DNA of 63,382 nt, counting the filler, from Choristocarpus tenellus KU-1152 (taxonomy: Eukaryota > Protista > Phaeophyceae), in NCBI GenBank assembly GCA_964200185.2. It is 8 parts of 8 records of this genome, joined end to end, with 100 filler letters (N's around TTAATTAATTAA, not from the genome) between each part and the next. Parts side by side here need not be neighbours in the genome. Positions count along the whole stretch, not along the records: positions 45,015 to 60,460 come from CAXNAD020001000.1; positions 60,561 to 63,382 come from CAXNAD020024456.1; 6 more parts are not named here. One strand, 5' to 3'. The translations under genes were made by a program, and so were the position numbers. Positions 59,524 through 63,382 of the stretch are shown here, piece after piece (within the stretch, counting starts at the first letter, position 1; each line of letters opens with the position of its first letter). The notes beneath the pieces were generated by a model. That model was not told the origin of the DNA, made no database searches, and worked only from the letters and a program-made list of their open reading frames with translations.

Positions 59524-60460
59524 GACCGAGAGTTGACTCACCCCATCATCTGCACGTACCCACAGCCTGAGAGGATCAGTATTCGGAGAGATATTCTCAC
59601 AATATATTTTTTTGAAACCAACGTCGCAAAGATCAACATGAAAATAATAAACATCCACGTATGAGTTACGACACCTCCATCATAGAAAGTTCTTGACATC
59701 TAAATATGAAAAGACCTTCCAAAAAAAGGTTTTCCGCCAATATGAGAGAGTTTGAGGGATATGATAGTAGGAGTAGGAAAAGCACTGACTGTTAAGACTC
59801 ATACGTTTTAACCTGGACACACGTGATTGGTGGGCACGAAGGGCCTTAGAGACTTTTGGGATTTTTCGCTTCTATGTATAGTACTTTGAAAATTAGTTCG
59901 TAAATAACAATCTCCCAAACGACTTTGTTGTGTACTTTAGTTTCTTTCACCACTTTTGTGTGAAGTTTTTGGAGGTTTGATCTTAGTCCTTTCCCTCCCC
60001 TGAAGCCTCTACAAAATAGTCTCCATATCACATAGTGTATTTGTAGTGTACTACATATTTGTCACAATTTTACTTCTCTAGGGATTTTTTTGACATATAA
60101 ATAGTTTTCCCTTGGTTTTTCCCCTCACATATCTTCAAAATGTCAAAGGCATAATAATATATGGTATATTACAAAGGTTATCAACCATAAGTAGGTAAAA
60201 CAATAGTTGGCAAATACATTGCGGAATATAGATAAACCTGACGTCATCATTTTAATGAAAGATCATTTATCGATGAAAATACTAAATACAAAATTATTTA
60301 AAAGGAGTAGTTATATCCAGGCTACGCCAAATTGTTTCGGTGACTACGCAAGTGGCATTATCTCGACGTGCCATACGCTTCAAACTATAGAGTCACCAGG
60401 GTGATGGGCACGTAGGGATCTGTTGGATTCTTGGCATGCCTCCCTAGCTCCCCCCCCCGG

Positions 60461-60560
60461 NNNNNNNNNNNNNNNNNNNNNNNNNNNNNNNNNNNNNNNN
60501 NNNNTTAATTAATTAANNNNNNNNNNNNNNNNNNNNNNNNNNNNNNNNNNNNNNNNNNNN
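60461..60560. other. Artificial contig spacer
   Basis: 44 N + TTAATTAATTAA + 44 N. Confidence 0.97.
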
Positions 60561-60613
60561 CCAAATGGACACCCTGGTGTAGACCCCCACCCCCCTCCCA
60601 GATACTTTGGGTC
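60561..60613. mobile_element. MITE family D, terminal fragment at a contig start
   Basis: ccaaatggacaccctggtgtagacccc..ccagatactttgggtc, near-identical to 1-52. Confidence 0.75.
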
Positions 60614-61711
60614 TGAACCATATTCTCCGGAGTGGTAACAGGTAGATAATCTATCTCCAACCATGCCCTCTTCTTGTGGTCACGTCCCCCACTTCCATCT
60701 GTGAAGGAAGGCACCCCATCACCCCGGTGCTTGAAGTCTTGGTATTATTGGCAGAGGATTGAAGCGACCTCTTGGAAGTGGTAGAGTTTTTGTTTAGTGT
60801 TCTTTTTTGTTCCTCACTTCTTTAGCGATCAGTATTAGTGGTACTGCGACACTGTACTCCATTTCTGGATGTGGAGCACAGTGGGGGAGAGCTTTCCACA
60901 GCGAAAGACAATTCTTCCATGTTCTGTGGTCCTTGATTCTCCGGGTAAGAAAAAGAAATAGCGAAAATATTGCACACTTCAAGAACACAACTAAAGCAAG
61001 GACGACCAAAATCTGCTTACCTTTCAATTACTTTCGCTCATTCTTTTTTTCATTTTTTGTAAAATATTAATTCAAGGTGGAAGGTATTGATTTTGCAGTG
61101 GGGGAGCAGAGCTCATCCCCATGTCAATCTCGCTTATTACAAAAAACCCACATCTAAATTGGACATAGCTTTGTTAGAGCATCTAATTAATGGAAACGTA
61201 ATTCATGGAAACATGCCAACACAATGACCTAGAACTCTACTAGTATATAACGGTAGCTGGTGAATAAACCTTTCACCAAATACAATGTCAAACTAACGGA
61301 GAGAGCATCGGATATTCTCTTGACCCCATCAAAATATATACACAATGCAATGTGGTATTATATACCATTCCTAACAGGCTACATGGATGTCAACCTGCGC
61401 TGTACAAACAATTTTTTATGGTTCTAGGGTAGGGCGTTTGGGGTCTAGCGTTAGCTTACTCACTCTAGTCTCACCTTAAAGAATCTCGTTATTTCTGACT
61501 CTGATCAAGTCACAGTGCCTCAGTGTTAATAATTGGCTTTGGTTGTTGCGAGAAAGTGCATTAAAAAATTTACACTTGTATCCGCACTTATCCTTGGCAA
61601 CAACTGAACCTAAGATCGAGGTCTTCCCCTGCTCACACATGAGGAGAACAAATTATTATTATGTGTTGAATGTCGGATTTCTGGAGCGTCGTTTCCCACT
61701 CATTACAATCA

Positions 61712-61968
61712 GAGTGAAAGTATCTTAGAGGGTACGAGTTTTGCCCTGTTTGTCCATTTGGGGCTTGGCTTCCCATGTTTTTTTTTACTACATTTTCTTG
61801 CTCCAAAATTTCGGAGTAGGTGAAAAGTGTATGTCATGAAAAGGTGTGCCTGGACCAAGGGAATTCACACTTACTAACAAACACGATTGCCAAAATCACA
61901 TTAAAATCTTAACATTGGAATTTGACCCTCAGATGGACGCAGGTCTACCCTCTAAGATACTTTGGCTC
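61712..61968 (-). mobile_element. MITE family A
   Basis: Complete TIRs and a perfect 4-bp TSD ATCA. Confidence 0.9.
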
Positions 61969-62282
61969 ATCAACCTGTATATTCTAAGTGCGGGAGATCA
62001 GTGCAAGTGTTTGGAGTGGAGAGGATCTCATGAGCGTGTGGGGTATCAGAGTGACAGGATGTGAAGTGAAAGGGAATCCTTGACTCTTGGTTTGCTGAAC
62101 GAAGAGAATACCACAATCTGTGGGACTGGTACCTTGAAAGAGATTAATGGACTAAGTCTCACTGAATATCCTTAACTAGAATCCATAATTTACCCGGAAC
62201 CTCAAATGGTATGACAGTATATGACGTACAGCAATAGTGATATGAAAGCAGACAACCCTCCTTTCCACACCGTACTTGTTGA

Positions 62283-62545
62283 GAGTCAAAGTATACGAAA
62301 GGTACCCAGAGTTTCATTTTAAGGAAGTTGACAAATATATTCAAAGGTCGTCTATATATTTTACAAAGGCATATGGGATATATTTTCTGAATGGTGTCAA
62401 ATGTTTTCAAACGGTAGAGAAATCACTGTTGTAAAGGTAAACTTAGCACATAATCCATAAAATATGCCTGAATCGAGAAAGATTAGAAAACTGACATAAA
62501 ATGAAAAACGGTTAAAACCTGGGTACCTATCGTTTACTTTGGCTC
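62283..62545 (+). mobile_element. MITE family E, full length
   Basis: gagtcaaagtatacgaaaggtaccca ... tgggtacctatcgtttactttggctc; flanks (T)TGA/TGA. Confidence 0.78.
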
Positions 62546-63382
62546 TGACGTGTTGCCCAATGAATGCGGGGATGTCATTGCAGGACTGTGCCTACTAGAC
62601 AGTCACTTTCTTGGGTGGTTAAACGGCGAGAGGAAACTGAGGTGTCCGACTAAAAGACATAACAGGTGGTACGGTCGCCTGAAATGGCCCGGTGCTCCAA
62701 GGACGATGATGCTGCGTCCAGACCAACCTGTTAATGTGCTGAAGGGGATGGGAGGGGACCTTATCAATGATCCTCAGGTTCTGGACCGTGAGAAAATGAG
62801 GAGGAGGCCTTGAGGAAAATACACTTCTTGAGCAATTATTTACGGATGACTCCATATCTTGTACAGTCCCACTTTCGTCAATCTTCTTCTCTTCTTGTTT
62901 GATTTCTGTGGCAAAATCGGCTAGGCGCCCTTGCCGAGGACAGAGTCTTTTAGCCTTTGAGCTAGGCATGGTGTCTATGCCTTGCCTTCATGCACTTTAT
63001 CTGAGCTCACTGATGTCGCCAATGTGAATCGTGTCATTATGCGGCGGCATGGTTCAGTCAGGCGAGGGTGCCAAAGAGGACCACCGGGCAAGACAGACTC
63101 AGATGGACCAAGACAAACTGGATCTAGGAGGACAAGGTTATAGTTGGCCAAGTCCAAGTGTGTAGAGTGGTGAGAATCTCATGTTAAGTATGGTAGCTTT
63201 GCACACTTGAGTTCAAATCTCACCAGTGTCATCAATGTGATCCGTATGATTCTGTGGTGGTGTTCAGTCGGAGCAAAGAGAATCAATGGGCAATACGGAC
63301 CGGATATGTTACAGGCGCCCCTCAATGCTCACCTTCCAGGATGTACAACTCAAATCCAACGACCTTAAAACGATGCTAAGGG

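Noticed and set aside
62550-63382. Overlapping short ORFs at the window end
   Set aside because: No recognisable domain or splice structure.

Overview
Eukaryotic nuclear DNA with many introns, most likely from a brown alga or a close stramenopile relative. That assignment is inferred from the gene content, TTAGGG repeats and an Ectocarpus-type non-LTR remnant. The window is eight contigs joined by an identical artificial 100-bp spacer (44 N + TTAATTAATTAA + 44 N), so gene neighbourhoods across spacers mean nothing. Splicing by hand gives seven genes. (1) Part of a divergent axonemal dynein heavy chain (DHC_N2 region, minus strand). (2) The 3' part of an RGS-domain protein, probably 7TM-RGS. 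(3) A class II HDAC-fold protein that keeps its Zn ligands but has lost the first catalytic His and the catalytic Tyr, so a candidate pseudo-deacetylase. (4) An internal piece of IFT122. (5) A complete TTLL9-like tubulin polyglutamylase with two GC-AG introns. (6) The 3' part of a PPR protein. (7) A complete 13-exon BTB-BACK-F5/8C (BTBD9-like) gene. Introns and intergenic DNA hold four related MITE families of about 185-270 bp. They share GAGYCAAA-type termini, several copies have 4-bp TSDs (Sola-like), and one is nested in another. There are also older repeats and short interstitial telomeric repeats. All protein assignments rest on motif recognition from memory, not on database searches.
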